Assembly: GCA_964402565.1 (NCBI GenBank)
Contig: CAYOCJ010000001.1
Coordinates: 352,079 to 416,078, forward strand
Origin: an uncultured Gammaproteobacteria bacterium
Lineage (GTDB): Bacteria; Patescibacteriota; Patescibacteriia; UBA1558; 2-01-FULL-52-15
Direction: 5' to 3'
Length of the DNA stretch: 64,000 bases
This document shows, piece by piece, positions 38,604 to 48,294 of this stretch (positions are counted from its first letter, which is position 1; each line of letters starts with the position of its first letter). The position numbers and the translations under genes were made by a program. The notes under the pieces are model-generated. The model was not told the DNA's origin. It worked only from the letters and a program-made list of their open reading frames with translations, and made no database searches.

Positions 38604-40007
38604 TTATTGCCCCAGCGTTGCGTTGAGAACCGTATTGATAGTCTTCAGGATAATAGATATATCCAGCGTAAAGGTTCGGTTCTTTATGTAGAAAAGATCA
38701 TACTGCAATTTCGTCATAGCATCATCGATAGAGTCGCCATATTTGAAATTGATCTGTGCCCAGCCTGATAAACCGGGTTTTACCAAAAGACGCTCCTTAT
38801 AAAACGGTATCTTTTCGGAGAGGAGCGCGACGAATTCCGGGCGTTCAGGACGAGGTCCGACAAAGCTCATATCGCCTTTCAAAATATTGATGAATTGCGG
38901 AATTTCATCAAGGCGCGTTTTGCGTAAAAATTTTCCAAGCTTGGTTATACGCGGATCGTTCTTTGCGGCCCATTGCGGGCCATTCTGCTCGGCATCGAGA
39001 ACCATGGTGCGGAATTTCATTGCCATGAATCCTTTACCGCCCTTGCCGGTTCTCGTTTGCTTGAAGAGCAGAGGTCCTGGCGAGGTTAGTTTGATCCCCA
39101 GTATGATGAACGGAACCAGCGGTAATGAGAGAATGCCGAACAGCATGCCGGCGGTGATATCCTGGACGCGCTTATTCAGTTCATAGAAATGCTTATTGCC
39201 GCTCAGTAAGTTTTCTAAGAACCAATCTTTTTCCAAAGATGCAACGGGGACTTTTCCTGTTATCTTTTCATAAAAGTCGGGGAAAGTGTAATACGAAATG
39301 CCAATGCTTAACGTTTCAAATAGGTAGCGTGAAATTATCGCACTGTGCTGCGGCGAAGGGACAGTAACCACGGTCTGTATCTTGTTTTTTTTGATGGTGT
39401 TTACGAGATCTGCAAGATCCTTCGCATGCGGAATATGTTGCAGCGTCTGAGGGAGCGGGTTTTGATCAATATTAACGATGAGACTGAGTTTATAGCCGAA
39501 TTGCGGCGACCGTTCGATAGCTTCAGCGAGTTGTATCGCTTCGCTATTGATGCCGATGAGCATCAGCTTATTGGACAATGCTTTGCTGCTGGTCAGGCTA
39601 TAGAACAATTTTCTCCACAAGAGGAACAGAATCGCAAATATGATCACCAGAATGATGAGCACGCCGATCGGCTTCAGCGTCGTCAGCGTCAGCGGCACGA
39701 TGTAAAAAAAGGCAAAGCCGACTATGGTATTGATGATGAGATTTTGGACTAAATAGCCGTAAAATTTAAAATCGTTCTTCACCAATTGCACGGTATAGAG
39801 ATTATTGATGAAAAAAACAATGATCCAGATGATGAATAGGAGTGAGAAAGGTAGCAGGTGATCAAGCCACAGCTGGTAGGAGATACTGCCTCTATATCTG
39901 AATACCAAGGTCAAAAAAAGCGACGTATATAGCAATGCAATATCGCCTATGAGAAGTATTATTTTTTTCAAACGAATGACAGACATGCTAAGTAAACCTG
40001 AAAACAA
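38604..40007 (-). CDS. polyprenyl-phosphate sugar phosphotransferase (WbaP/bacterial sugar transferase family), initiating enzyme
   Basis: N-terminal TM helices. The C-terminal bacterial-sugar-transferase domain reads ..RLLVKPGLSGWAQINFKYGDSIDDAMTKLQYDLFYIKNRTFTLDISIILKTI. Confidence 0.8.
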   Translation of the reverse strand: MFSGLLSMSVIRLKKIILLIGDIALLYTSLFLTLVFRYRGSISYQLWLDHLLPFSLLFIIWIIVFFINNLYTVQLVKNDFKFYGYLVQNLIINTIVGFAFFYIVPLTLTTLKPIGVLIILVIIFAILFLLWRKLFYSLTSSKALSNKLMLIGINSEAIQLAEAIERSPQFGYKLSLIVNIDQNPLPQTLQHIPHAKDLADLVNTIKKNKIQTVVTVPSPQHSAIISRYLFETLSIGISYYTFPDFYEKITGKVPVASLEKDWFLENLLSGNKHFYELNKRVQDITAGMLFGILSLPLVPFIILGIKLTSPGPLLFKQTRTGKGGKGFMAMKFRTMVLDAEQNGPQWAAKNDPRITKLGKFLRKTRLDEIPQFINILKGDMSFVGPRPERPEFVALLSEKIPFYKERLLVKPGLSGWAQINFKYGDSIDDAMTKLQYDLFYIKNRTFTLDISIILKTINTVLNATLGQ

Positions 40008-40041
40008 GCATACTGATTTTATTCGCTTTCGTCAATAATTC

Positions 40042-40070
40042 TTCATATTTTTTAAAAAAGCCAGTATACT
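40042..40070 (+). promoter_or_regulatory. candidate promoter (TTCATA-17nt-TATACT) with near-leaderless start of the downstream gene
   Basis: TATACT is at 40065-40070. The ATG at 40077 is only 6 nt downstream. No Shine-Dalgarno sequence is present. Confidence 0.35.
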
Positions 40071-40076
40071 TGTCCA

Positions 40077-42164
40077 ATGAAACTTCTCAGGATTTACTTG
40101 AAAACATTTGCGTATGCCGGTGCATTCGTTCCTCTTGTATATTGCGTAGGTTTTACATCGCCCTATATTTTCGCGCAAACAAGCTTGATCTACTTGATAG
40201 CCTGCGCGACGGTTGTGCCTGTGTTCGTGCTCTGGTATGCAGATGCGAATGCAAGGCCGCATGTAGACCGCTGGACGATCATTCCCTTGATCTACTTGTG
40301 CACGATGATCCTCAGCGCTTGTTTCGGTGTGAATCCAGCAAAGAGCTTTATCGGCGTATGGGAGCGCTTTGGGGGTGTTTTGGATTGGACAGTAGTCTTC
40401 TGGTATGGCATTCTTCTGATCTCAATTTTTAAGACCAAAGCCGAATGGTATGCATTTCTTCGTACCGTGAGCATAGTTGCTGCAGCAGAAACTATGTATG
40501 CGCTGCTGCAGCTGTCGCCTTGGCATATCGTCTATGCAAGCGGTACGCGGTTATTCGGCACTATCGGTAATCCGGCATTTCTCGCCGGCTATTTGCTGCT
40601 GGCGATGGGTATTACCTTTGTCATGCGTCTGCAAGCAGGCACGCGCATCCGTTTTGTCTATGATCTATGCATTATCGCCCAATGTTTGGTGCTGATGCTC
40701 ACACAAACACGTGCAGCTTTGATCGGGCCTCTGGTCGGACTCGCGGGTTATGCAGTTATAGCATCAAAGGGCCAAAGAAATGCCTTGCGTTCAGCGCTAC
40801 GTACATTCGGTATTTTTTTTATCATCATTGGTATCGCCATCGGAAGCATCATTTCTCTAAAAAAAATAGATATCACCCATGTGACTCAATCGGTCCTGCA
40901 TGGAGATACGTCTCAGACACGAGCAGCCATCTGGGAGGCGGCATTGCAGGGGTTTAGCGACCGGCCGTTACTCGGCGCCGGAGAGAATAACTTTATCATC
41001 GTTTTCCAGCGGCATTTTGATCCTCGTATCTATCTGGGACAAGAAGATAGCGCATGGTCAGATCATGCGCATAATGAATTTCTTGACCGTTTGGCCCTGG
41101 GAGGAGCATTGGGGCTCATTGCATATCTGTTGATGCTATTGGTTTTGCCTTTCAAGCTCGTACGAAGATCTGATGTGAACGATGCCGATGGTGTAGCTCG
41201 GGCAAGTATGGTGCCATGGATACTGGCGTATGCGACCTACCTTTTTTTCTTTTTTCATTCAATCGCTGACTCAATGCTGTGGGTCATAGCAATTGCATTC
41301 CTGATCTCTACGCGTTCGAGTATGGTGCCTGCTGCAGCATCTGCAGAAAAAAAAGTCGCACCTACGAGCATGGCTCTGGCGAGTTTCGTTTCTGTCATGC
41401 TCGTTACTTGGTATGTACTGGTGCCGATGCGAACGAATATCTTGGTCCGGCAGGGCATGCAGGCACAGAGCATCGAGCAGGCCATGCCTTTGTATATGCG
41501 GGCATGGAACGGAGATGTGCGGGGGCGGCCGCATATGCTCATGGATCTATTTGATCGCGTACAATTCAGAGATGAGGACCCGCGGTATGCAGCGCTGCAT
41601 ATTTTGCAATTACAGCATTTTGCTGAAGCAGTTGCGGAGCAGTATCCGTTCGAGCTTCAATATCAGAGCCCGCTCATTTTTGCCTATCGGCATCGCACAG
41701 ATGATCCGGCGTATCTGTGGCATGCCATCGGCCTTGCCGGCCTTGGCATTGAGCTGAGTCCCGACCATCCTGAGCCGTATATGACCCGGGGTGTCACTGA
41801 GCTTGATGCAGCAGCGGCAGCGCAGGATGCAAAACTAAAAGCTTCTTACTTCGACCAAGCCAAAACTGATTTTTCTGCAGCGCATCGTTTAGCGCCGCAA
41901 TCTGCTGACACGTCAATTCTATTCTTAGGCACCGATGACGTTTCAAATACAGAGCCTCATGTACAGCTGAAAAAGTATATACATGACAATGCCCAGCGCA
42001 TTAAGTTCAATGACTGGGTATTAGCAATTCAACTAGGCATATATTATCGCGACAGAGATCTGATGACATTTTTGGGAAATGAACTTGATGTGTTCGATTC
42101 GTATGATGTTGCACGCTTCAAAGTGCTTCGTGACTACCTGGAACGGGAAAAGGCAATGCTCTGA
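40077..42164 (+). CDS. O-antigen ligase/polymerase-like (Wzy_C) polytopic membrane protein with C-terminal helical-repeat domain
   Basis: Wzy_C motif AWSDHAHNEFLDRLALGGALGLIAYLLMLL. Same architecture as 9485..11971. Confidence 0.65.
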   Translation: MKLLRIYLKTFAYAGAFVPLVYCVGFTSPYIFAQTSLIYLIACATVVPVFVLWYADANARPHVDRWTIIPLIYLCTMILSACFGVNPAKSFIGVWERFGGVLDWTVVFWYGILLISIFKTKAEWYAFLRTVSIVAAAETMYALLQLSPWHIVYASGTRLFGTIGNPAFLAGYLLLAMGITFVMRLQAGTRIRFVYDLCIIAQCLVLMLTQTRAALIGPLVGLAGYAVIASKGQRNALRSALRTFGIFFIIIGIAIGSIISLKKIDITHVTQSVLHGDTSQTRAAIWEAALQGFSDRPLLGAGENNFIIVFQRHFDPRIYLGQEDSAWSDHAHNEFLDRLALGGALGLIAYLLMLLVLPFKLVRRSDVNDADGVARASMVPWILAYATYLFFFFHSIADSMLWVIAIAFLISTRSSMVPAAASAEKKVAPTSMALASFVSVMLVTWYVLVPMRTNILVRQGMQAQSIEQAMPLYMRAWNGDVRGRPHMLMDLFDRVQFRDEDPRYAALHILQLQHFAEAVAEQYPFELQYQSPLIFAYRHRTDDPAYLWHAIGLAGLGIELSPDHPEPYMTRGVTELDAAAAAQDAKLKASYFDQAKTDFSAAHRLAPQSADTSILFLGTDDVSNTEPHVQLKKYIHDNAQRIKFNDWVLAIQLGIYYRDRDLMTFLGNELDVFDSYDVARFKVLRDYLEREKAML

Positions 42165-42165
42165 G

Positions 42166-42194
42166 TTGCTTTGTAAGATATTTTTTTGTATACT
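42166..42194 (+). promoter_or_regulatory. sigma70-like promoter TTGCTT-17nt-TATACT
   Basis: TTGCTT at 42166-42171, a 17-nt spacer, then TATACT at 42189-42194. It precedes the ATG at 42216. Confidence 0.45.
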
Positions 42195-42215
42195 ATCTGC
42201 ACTATACAGACTGAC

Positions 42216-44261
42216 ATGATACGTACTTTAGCCAAGAAAATTAGTTTTCTAACGCTTGCGGGCGTTCTTTTTATTGTCCAGGCATTTCCTGTGCATGCGA
42301 GCACGCCGAATGACCCTGATTTTACCAAGCAGTCCTATTTGTGGCGCGTGAAAGCGCCCGCAGCATGGGACTTGGTTCAAAAATATGCGCAGAAACGCGA
42401 CATTGTTATTGCAGTCCTCGATACCGGAGTTGCGATCGATCATCCGGACTTGAAGAACAATATTTGGGTCAATAAAGGCGAGATCCCAGGCGATGGCATC
42501 GATAATGATAATAATTCATATATTGATGACGTGAATGGATGGGATTTTTTGACGTCTACTCCTGACCCGCGGCCAAAGCTGACCGACAACTATGCGTTCG
42601 ACGCCGTCAATCATGGTACGGTCGTTGCCGGGGTCATTGCAGCTGAGGCAAACAATAATCTCGGCATAGCCGGAGCAGCCTATAATGTTAAGATCATGCC
42701 ATTGCGCGTCCTGGACAGTGAAGGTTCCGGCAATACCTTGCTTCTTGCTCAGGCCGTAGACTATGCAGTTGAGAACGGAGCGAATGTGATCAACTTAAGC
42801 TTAGTCGGCGAGGTGAATGATCCGCAGCTCTCCGCGAGTATCGATGCAGCATATCGGGCAGGCGTTGCCGTTGTTGCGGCATCAGGAAATCAGGAGCATG
42901 CAGGCGTGAATTTGAATCAATCGCCGCGATACCCCGTATGCGAAACTGATGCCCTTAATAGGGTTCTGGGAGTCGCTGCCGTTGATGAAAATGATACCCT
43001 GGCAGATTTTTCAAATTATGGTTCGCAATGCATCGATGTGTCAGCTCCCGGAACAGACTTTTACAGCACATCAGTACATTTCGATCAGGACCCAGCGTTT
43101 AGCAATTATTATAGCGGAGGATGGAGCGGCACCTCAGTCGCAGCTCCTCTCGTATCTTCGGCGATCGCGTTGATAGAGGAAGTTGCCCCGAATATCAGTT
43201 TGTCTGAAGTGTATAAATTGATCCTGAACAATGCATCGAGCTTGAATGCATCGAACGGGCATCCTGCTGATCTAGGGCATGGCATGCTTGATATGTCAGC
43301 GGCGCTGGAGCATGCGATCGAGCGTTCGAGGAGTAATCCGGTCGTGATCGTCATGTCACAGGGCAGAGGATTTGAACCGCGGATAAGCATCCGGGATAAA
43401 AATGGGATTATCACCTCTGAATTCATGGCTTACGCGAAGTCATTTAGAGGAGGAGTAAATGCTACGGTCGGTAATGTCAGCGGAGATTCACAGCCCGAGA
43501 TCATTACGGCACCTGCTTCTTCGGGTGGTCCGCATGTGCGCGTTTTTGATACCAAAGGCCAGCTCAAGTCGCAGTTCATGGCGTATAGCAGCAAATTTAA
43601 CGGAGGCTTAAGCATAGCTACCGGAGATATTGACGGTGACGGTGTCGACGAGATCATTACCGCGCCTTTGCAAGGAGTTAAGAATGGTCCTGAAGTGCAT
43701 GTCTTCAATGCGCGAGGTGATTTGCTCTATACCTTTTACGCCTATGCAAAGAATTTCAGAGGAGGAGTGAAGCTTGCGCTCGGCGATGTGGATGGCGACG
43801 GCATTGATGAGATCATCACAGCACCCGCATCAGCCGGCGGGCCGCATGTGCGGATCTTTTCGCGCTCAGGGCAATTGAAAGGGCAGTTCATGGCCTTTAA
43901 TCAGAATTATAGGGGAGGATTGAGCTTAGGTGTGGGAGACGTTGACGGCGACGGTCATCAGGATATCGTCGCGGTGCAGGAGACTGATGATGATGTACAG
44001 GTGCATATATTTAACGGGCAAGGAACCGAAAAGAACCGGTTCCCGGTATACCCTGAAGTCACCAGCCTGGAACAGCCATCAGACCTCATTGTCGGCGACT
44101 ATACCGGTGATGGCCAGGCGGACATTTTGACCTATGGACTCTCTGCCGGCTCAGGCCTTAAATTATTCGATTACTATGGCCGTGTGATCGATACCATCAA
44201 TGTCAGCGGTACCGCACCTGATCAAAGCGCTATAAAGTATAGCTTTGCACTCTTACACTAA
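42216..44261 (+). CDS. secreted subtilisin-like (S8) serine protease fused to FG-GAP/beta-propeller repeats
   Basis: The ORF is called from a TTG at 42186. The ATG at 42216 gives a signal peptide MIRTLAKKISFLTLAGVLFIVQAFPVHA. The catalytic triad is Asp in VAVLDTGV, His in HGTVVAG and Ser in GTSVAAPLV. Four or more FRGG..GDVDGDGxDEIITAP..GGPHVRxF repeats follow. Confidence 0.8.
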   Translation: MIRTLAKKISFLTLAGVLFIVQAFPVHASTPNDPDFTKQSYLWRVKAPAAWDLVQKYAQKRDIVIAVLDTGVAIDHPDLKNNIWVNKGEIPGDGIDNDNNSYIDDVNGWDFLTSTPDPRPKLTDNYAFDAVNHGTVVAGVIAAEANNNLGIAGAAYNVKIMPLRVLDSEGSGNTLLLAQAVDYAVENGANVINLSLVGEVNDPQLSASIDAAYRAGVAVVAASGNQEHAGVNLNQSPRYPVCETDALNRVLGVAAVDENDTLADFSNYGSQCIDVSAPGTDFYSTSVHFDQDPAFSNYYSGGWSGTSVAAPLVSSAIALIEEVAPNISLSEVYKLILNNASSLNASNGHPADLGHGMLDMSAALEHAIERSRSNPVVIVMSQGRGFEPRISIRDKNGIITSEFMAYAKSFRGGVNATVGNVSGDSQPEIITAPASSGGPHVRVFDTKGQLKSQFMAYSSKFNGGLSIATGDIDGDGVDEIITAPLQGVKNGPEVHVFNARGDLLYTFYAYAKNFRGGVKLALGDVDGDGIDEIITAPASAGGPHVRIFSRSGQLKGQFMAFNQNYRGGLSLGVGDVDGDGHQDIVAVQETDDDVQVHIFNGQGTEKNRFPVYPEVTSLEQPSDLIVGDYTGDGQADILTYGLSAGSGLKLFDYYGRVIDTINVSGTAPDQSAIKYSFALLH

Positions 44262-44265
44262 TGCT

Positions 44266-44667
44266 ATGAAAGGTGTAATGGATTCAGTACATGTGCGCCA
44301 GTTCATCAAGTTCGGCATCGTAGGCCTTGGCAATACGGTCATTGATTTCGGCGGTTTCGCGATCGGAACCCGTTTTTTTCATTGGCATTATATATTAGCA
44401 AATATATTCTCATGGTTCTGCGCTGTTTTTTTTAGTTTCGCGATGAATAAATATTGGACTTTTCGAGCCGTGCAGCAGGGAGCTCTGCTGCAACAGTATG
44501 TTAAATTTTTTATCGTAAGCCTGGTGTCCCTCGGTATTTCGCTTGCCCTCCTCAAAGTATTTATCGACCTCTGGCATGTGCAGGACCTTGTTTCCAAATT
44601 ATTGACCATAGGCGTCGTAGTTTTTTGGAATTTTTTCATGAATAAATTCTGGACCTTTTCTTCTTAA
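44266..44667 (+). CDS. GtrA-family small membrane protein (polyprenyl-phosphate-sugar flippase component)
   Basis: Four TM helices. Motifs FIKFGIVGLGNTVIDF and MNKYWTF occur twice, as expected for GtrA. The ORF is called from a TTG at 44245. Confidence 0.7.
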   Translation: MKGVMDSVHVRQFIKFGIVGLGNTVIDFGGFAIGTRFFHWHYILANIFSWFCAVFFSFAMNKYWTFRAVQQGALLQQYVKFFIVSLVSLGISLALLKVFIDLWHVQDLVSKLLTIGVVVFWNFFMNKFWTFSS

Positions 44668-44677
44668 CAGAATTGCG

Positions 44678-45376
44678 ATGGAGATCAGCGTCGTCATCCC
44701 GGCTTTCAATGAAGCGTCTTCTATAGCTGAAACGCTGGCAGAAGTCCTGTCATACCTGAAGTCGCATTTCAAATCATATGAGCTGATCGTCGTGAATGAC
44801 GGGTCAACTGACAAAACTGTCGATATTGTTTCCGCCATTCCCGGTGTGACGCTCCTGCAGTATGGCGCGAATCGCGGGAAGGGTTATGCGGTTAAATCCG
44901 GCATCCTCGCGGCACAGGGCGATGCCATTTTGTTTATGGATGCTGACAATTCTACCAGGATCAGCGAGCTCGACCATTGCATGCAGGAGCTGAAAAATGT
45001 TGACATCGTGATCGGCTCTCGCGCTCTGACCGAGTCGCAGGTCCAGGTGAGCCAGAATCCCATCAAAAAACTGTTCGGAAGAATAGGCAATAAGCTCATA
45101 CAAGGTGTACTCGGCGTGCCTTTTCATGATACGCAATGCGGCTATAAACTTTTCAGAAAAAATGTTCAGCCCGTATTCAAGCAGCAGACGATCGATCGAT
45201 GGGGGTTTGATTTCGAGATCTTGTACCTTGCACACCGGCAGGGCTTCCGCATCCATGAGTCGCCGGTGCATTGGGTGAATAATTTCGACTCGAAAGTCTC
45301 GATGTTTTCATATCCGCGCACCTTATTTGAGCTTCTGACCATTCGTATGAGGCACCTGTTTCCAAAGAAGCAGTAA
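44678..45376 (+). CDS. GT2 polyprenyl-phosphate sugar synthase, soluble DPM1-like form
   Basis: Motifs ISVVIPAFNEASSI, VNDGSTDKT and MDADNSTRISELDHC. No C-terminal TM helix. Confidence 0.75.
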   Translation: MEISVVIPAFNEASSIAETLAEVLSYLKSHFKSYELIVVNDGSTDKTVDIVSAIPGVTLLQYGANRGKGYAVKSGILAAQGDAILFMDADNSTRISELDHCMQELKNVDIVIGSRALTESQVQVSQNPIKKLFGRIGNKLIQGVLGVPFHDTQCGYKLFRKNVQPVFKQQTIDRWGFDFEILYLAHRQGFRIHESPVHWVNNFDSKVSMFSYPRTLFELLTIRMRHLFPKKQ

Positions 45377-45396
45377 TGCGATACTATTAAGTTGCT

Positions 45397-46431
45397 ATGA
45401 CGGTCGTCTTGCCAAATCAAAAGAAAAACATTCTCGTCCTCGGGGGAGCAGGCTTTATCGGCTCGCATTTGTGCGAGCATTTGCTGCATAAAGGGGATAA
45501 TATCATTTGCCTCGATAATTTCAGTACGTCAGATGTCGAGAATATCAAAATGATGCTGGAATTCCCGAACTTTGAATTTATCCGGCATGACATTACGCAG
45601 GAGATCGATTTTGCAAAAGAGCCAGGCCTGCGCAAATTCAAGGTGCATATCAACGGCATCCAGGAGATCTACAATCTAGCATGTCCGACCTCTGCGGCAG
45701 ATTACACGACCATGCCTATAGAGACAGCGCTTGCAAATTCTCAGGGCACCAAGGTATCGCTTGATCTGGCAGAAAAGTATAAGGCTAAGTACTTGCTTAC
45801 CTCGTCCTCCGCAGTGTATGGGCGCGGACCAGAGGATAACAATATCATTGATGAAAATTATTTAGGGAAAGTTAATTTTATCGGGCCGCGCGCCTGTTAT
45901 AATGAAGGCAAGCGGTTCAGTGAAACATTAGTCACTACCTATCGTGACCACTATAAGCTTGATGCGAAGATAGCCCGGATCTTTACCACCTACGGACCCA
46001 GAATGATGAAGAATAGCGGACGCTTTATTCCTGATATGATCAATACCGCACTCGGCAATCATGATATCGTTATTGCCGGCGATGCAAGCACTGGTTCGTC
46101 TCTCTGCTATGTGAAAGACATGGTAGAAGGCATCGTCTCGCTGATGCATTCTGATATTTCGCAGCCGGTTAATTTTGGCAATGATAATTTTCTTTTGTAC
46201 AAAGACGTCGCTGATAAGATCAAAGTGATCTTAGGCTCAACTTCGCAAGTCACTTTCGCAGCAGCGTTGCCCTATACGCACCAGCAGGCGGTGCCTGACA
46301 TAACTTTAGCCAAGGAAAAATTGAATTGGTTTCCGCTGGTCAATATTGACGAAGGATTAAAGCAAACTATTGCGTACGCCAGATCGAACTATATCGAAAG
46401 ACCGGATATACGGCAGTACGGGAGGCGATAG
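45397..46431 (+). CDS. NAD-dependent sugar-nucleotide epimerase/dehydratase, UDP-glucuronate decarboxylase (UXS)-like
   Basis: Motifs ILVLGGAGFIGSHLCEHLL and CLDNFSTS. The catalytic YNEGKR is the YxxxK of UXS-type SDRs. Confidence 0.55.
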   Translation: MTVVLPNQKKNILVLGGAGFIGSHLCEHLLHKGDNIICLDNFSTSDVENIKMMLEFPNFEFIRHDITQEIDFAKEPGLRKFKVHINGIQEIYNLACPTSAADYTTMPIETALANSQGTKVSLDLAEKYKAKYLLTSSSAVYGRGPEDNNIIDENYLGKVNFIGPRACYNEGKRFSETLVTTYRDHYKLDAKIARIFTTYGPRMMKNSGRFIPDMINTALGNHDIVIAGDASTGSSLCYVKDMVEGIVSLMHSDISQPVNFGNDNFLLYKDVADKIKVILGSTSQVTFAAALPYTHQQAVPDITLAKEKLNWFPLVNIDEGLKQTIAYARSNYIERPDIRQYGRR

Positions 46432-46445
46432 ATACTCTACTACGT

Positions 46446-47636
46446 ATGCGCATCGTTATCGCCGCTGGCATTTTTCCACCTGATATAGGCGGGCCTGCTA
46501 CCTATGCAGAAGCGTTCGCCGAGTTTTGTGCTACACAGGATATCGGTGTTACGGTTCTGTGCTTCGCCGATACTGCCGGCATTGAGCGGTCTCATGCATA
46601 TGCCATTCATCGCATTGGCCGCACCGGATCGAAGTTTTTTTCCTACGCTCGTTATTTGTTGAAGCTCATATCGCTTTCTCGTTCTGCTGACCTGGTATAT
46701 GCCCAGGGGCCTGTAGCCGGGGGCCTACAGGCGTTTCTAGCTCGTTTTGTAACGGCGAAGAACTATATTGTGAAAGTAACAGGAGATTATGCTTGGGAGC
46801 AAGCCGTAGGGAAGCACGGCCTCGATATAAACATTGACCGCTTTCAACAAGCAGGTATCCAGCTGCCGTTTCGAATTCGATTGATGAGATTCACGCAGCG
46901 TTTGGTTACCGCGCATGCCCGGCGCGTCATCGTTCCGAGCCAGTATCTGCGTTCGCTCGTTCGCGGCTGGGGCGTTTCTCGCGGGCGCATTGAGGTCATG
47001 TATAACGCGGTGCCTGAGCACAAACTCCAACAGCAGTCTGCTCGACAAGCAAAGTTAGCATTGCATATCACCGGATGCGCGGTTATCAGCATTGGCAGGC
47101 TGGTCCCATGGAAAGGATTTCATACATTGATCAAGGCATGGCCTGAAATAGTGAAGAAAGTTCCTGATGCACATTTGTATATTATCGGAAGCGGACCCGA
47201 GCATGGCTCGCTGCAAGCCTTGATCGAAGAAGCCAACCTGTCTCAATGCATAACCTTAACAGGTAAAAAATCCCAAGAGGAATTATCTGATTGGTATCAG
47301 GCTGCCGATCTTTTTGTCTTAAATTCAAGTTATGAAGGTCTTTCACATGTCATACTTGAGGCAATGTCATACCAAGTGCCTTGCGTCGTATCGTCGAACG
47401 GGGGAAATCCAGAGCTGATCCAGCATGAACGAACCGGCTTGCTGTTCCGCTATGATCATAAGTACGAGATCATTGAGACCGTGAATAGATTATTGCTGCA
47501 TCCTGCAGAGGCAGAACGGTATGTCACTGAAGCTACTTCGTGGTTGCAGGGCCACACGCAACAGCATATGCTTGACTCCACGCTTGAGCTTTTCAGAGGC
47601 ATGCAATACCGGGACATTCATAGAAACGATGTATGA
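46446..47636 (+). CDS. GT4-family glycosyltransferase
   Basis: Motif SSYEGLSHVILEAMSYQVPCVVSSNGGNPELIQHERTGLLF. Confidence 0.8.
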   Translation: MRIVIAAGIFPPDIGGPATYAEAFAEFCATQDIGVTVLCFADTAGIERSHAYAIHRIGRTGSKFFSYARYLLKLISLSRSADLVYAQGPVAGGLQAFLARFVTAKNYIVKVTGDYAWEQAVGKHGLDINIDRFQQAGIQLPFRIRLMRFTQRLVTAHARRVIVPSQYLRSLVRGWGVSRGRIEVMYNAVPEHKLQQQSARQAKLALHITGCAVISIGRLVPWKGFHTLIKAWPEIVKKVPDAHLYIIGSGPEHGSLQALIEEANLSQCITLTGKKSQEELSDWYQAADLFVLNSSYEGLSHVILEAMSYQVPCVVSSNGGNPELIQHERTGLLFRYDHKYEIIETVNRLLLHPAEAERYVTEATSWLQGHTQQHMLDSTLELFRGMQYRDIHRNDV

Positions 47637-48292
47637 ATATCTTTGTTGTCATACCTGCATTCAATGAAATAGAGAGAATTGAAAAGACTTTGATCGATCT
47701 TTCGAAAAGCGGTTCGTATCAGATCGTGGTCGTTGATGATGGATCCACTGACGGCACAGCGGCCATTGCTGAGAAGTATGCAGTCGTGCTGCGGCATCCT
47801 ATCAATAGAGGCATGGGAGCAGCACTTGCCACGGGCACTGCATACGCTGTGCAACAGGGAGCAGATATAGTTGTGCATTTTGATGCGGACGGCCAGCATA
47901 GTGCTGCAGATATCCCGCGGATCGTTGCTCCTATCATTGATAAAAAAGCAGAAGTAGTGTTCGGATCGCGGTATCTGGGCAATAGCCATGTGCCATTCTC
48001 GAAAAAATACCTGATACATATGCCGGCGCGTGTGCTCCAGAACGCTCTGACCGGCATTCGGCTGACCGATGTGCATAATGGTTTCAGGGCCATGAGCCGC
48101 GATGCCGCAGGCAAGATCCGGATACAGCAGGATCGGATGGCGCACGCATCAGAAATCGTAGCTGAGGTGCATCGGCTTGGTTTGCCATTCACTGAGGTAC
48201 CTGTTACCATTTCGTATCGAGAGTATGGCCAGGGTTTTGCAGCCGGCATACGCATTTTGAAGGACCTTATTGTCCGCAAACTATTGCCCTAA
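47633..48292 (+). CDS. GT2 polyprenyl-phosphate sugar synthase-like, short soluble form
   Basis: ATGA overlap with the upstream gene. Motifs IFVVIPAFNEIERI, VDDGSTDGT and FDADGQHSAADIPRIV. Confidence 0.7.
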   Translation: MNIFVVIPAFNEIERIEKTLIDLSKSGSYQIVVVDDGSTDGTAAIAEKYAVVLRHPINRGMGAALATGTAYAVQQGADIVVHFDADGQHSAADIPRIVAPIIDKKAEVVFGSRYLGNSHVPFSKKYLIHMPARVLQNALTGIRLTDVHNGFRAMSRDAAGKIRIQQDRMAHASEIVAEVHRLGLPFTEVPVTISYREYGQGFAAGIRILKDLIVRKLLP

Positions 48293-48294
48293 CT

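Noticed and set aside
40042-42194. Bacteroidetes-type promoter (TTTG at -33, TAnnTTTG at -7) considered because Shine-Dalgarno sequences are weak
   Set aside because: The best upstream elements fit TTGnnn-17-TATACT/TATAAT sigma70 geometry, for example TTTACA-17-TATAAT at 2246. No consistent TAnnTTTG is present.
47618-48279. Long antisense ORFs (175 and 186 aa) opposite the GT2 gene at 47633..48292. Similar cases are 10201..10686, 3595..3918 and 16444..17206
   Set aside because: They lie entirely within sense-strand genes that have strong family motifs. The translations are low-complexity or Arg/Cys-rich nonsense typical of antisense frames.
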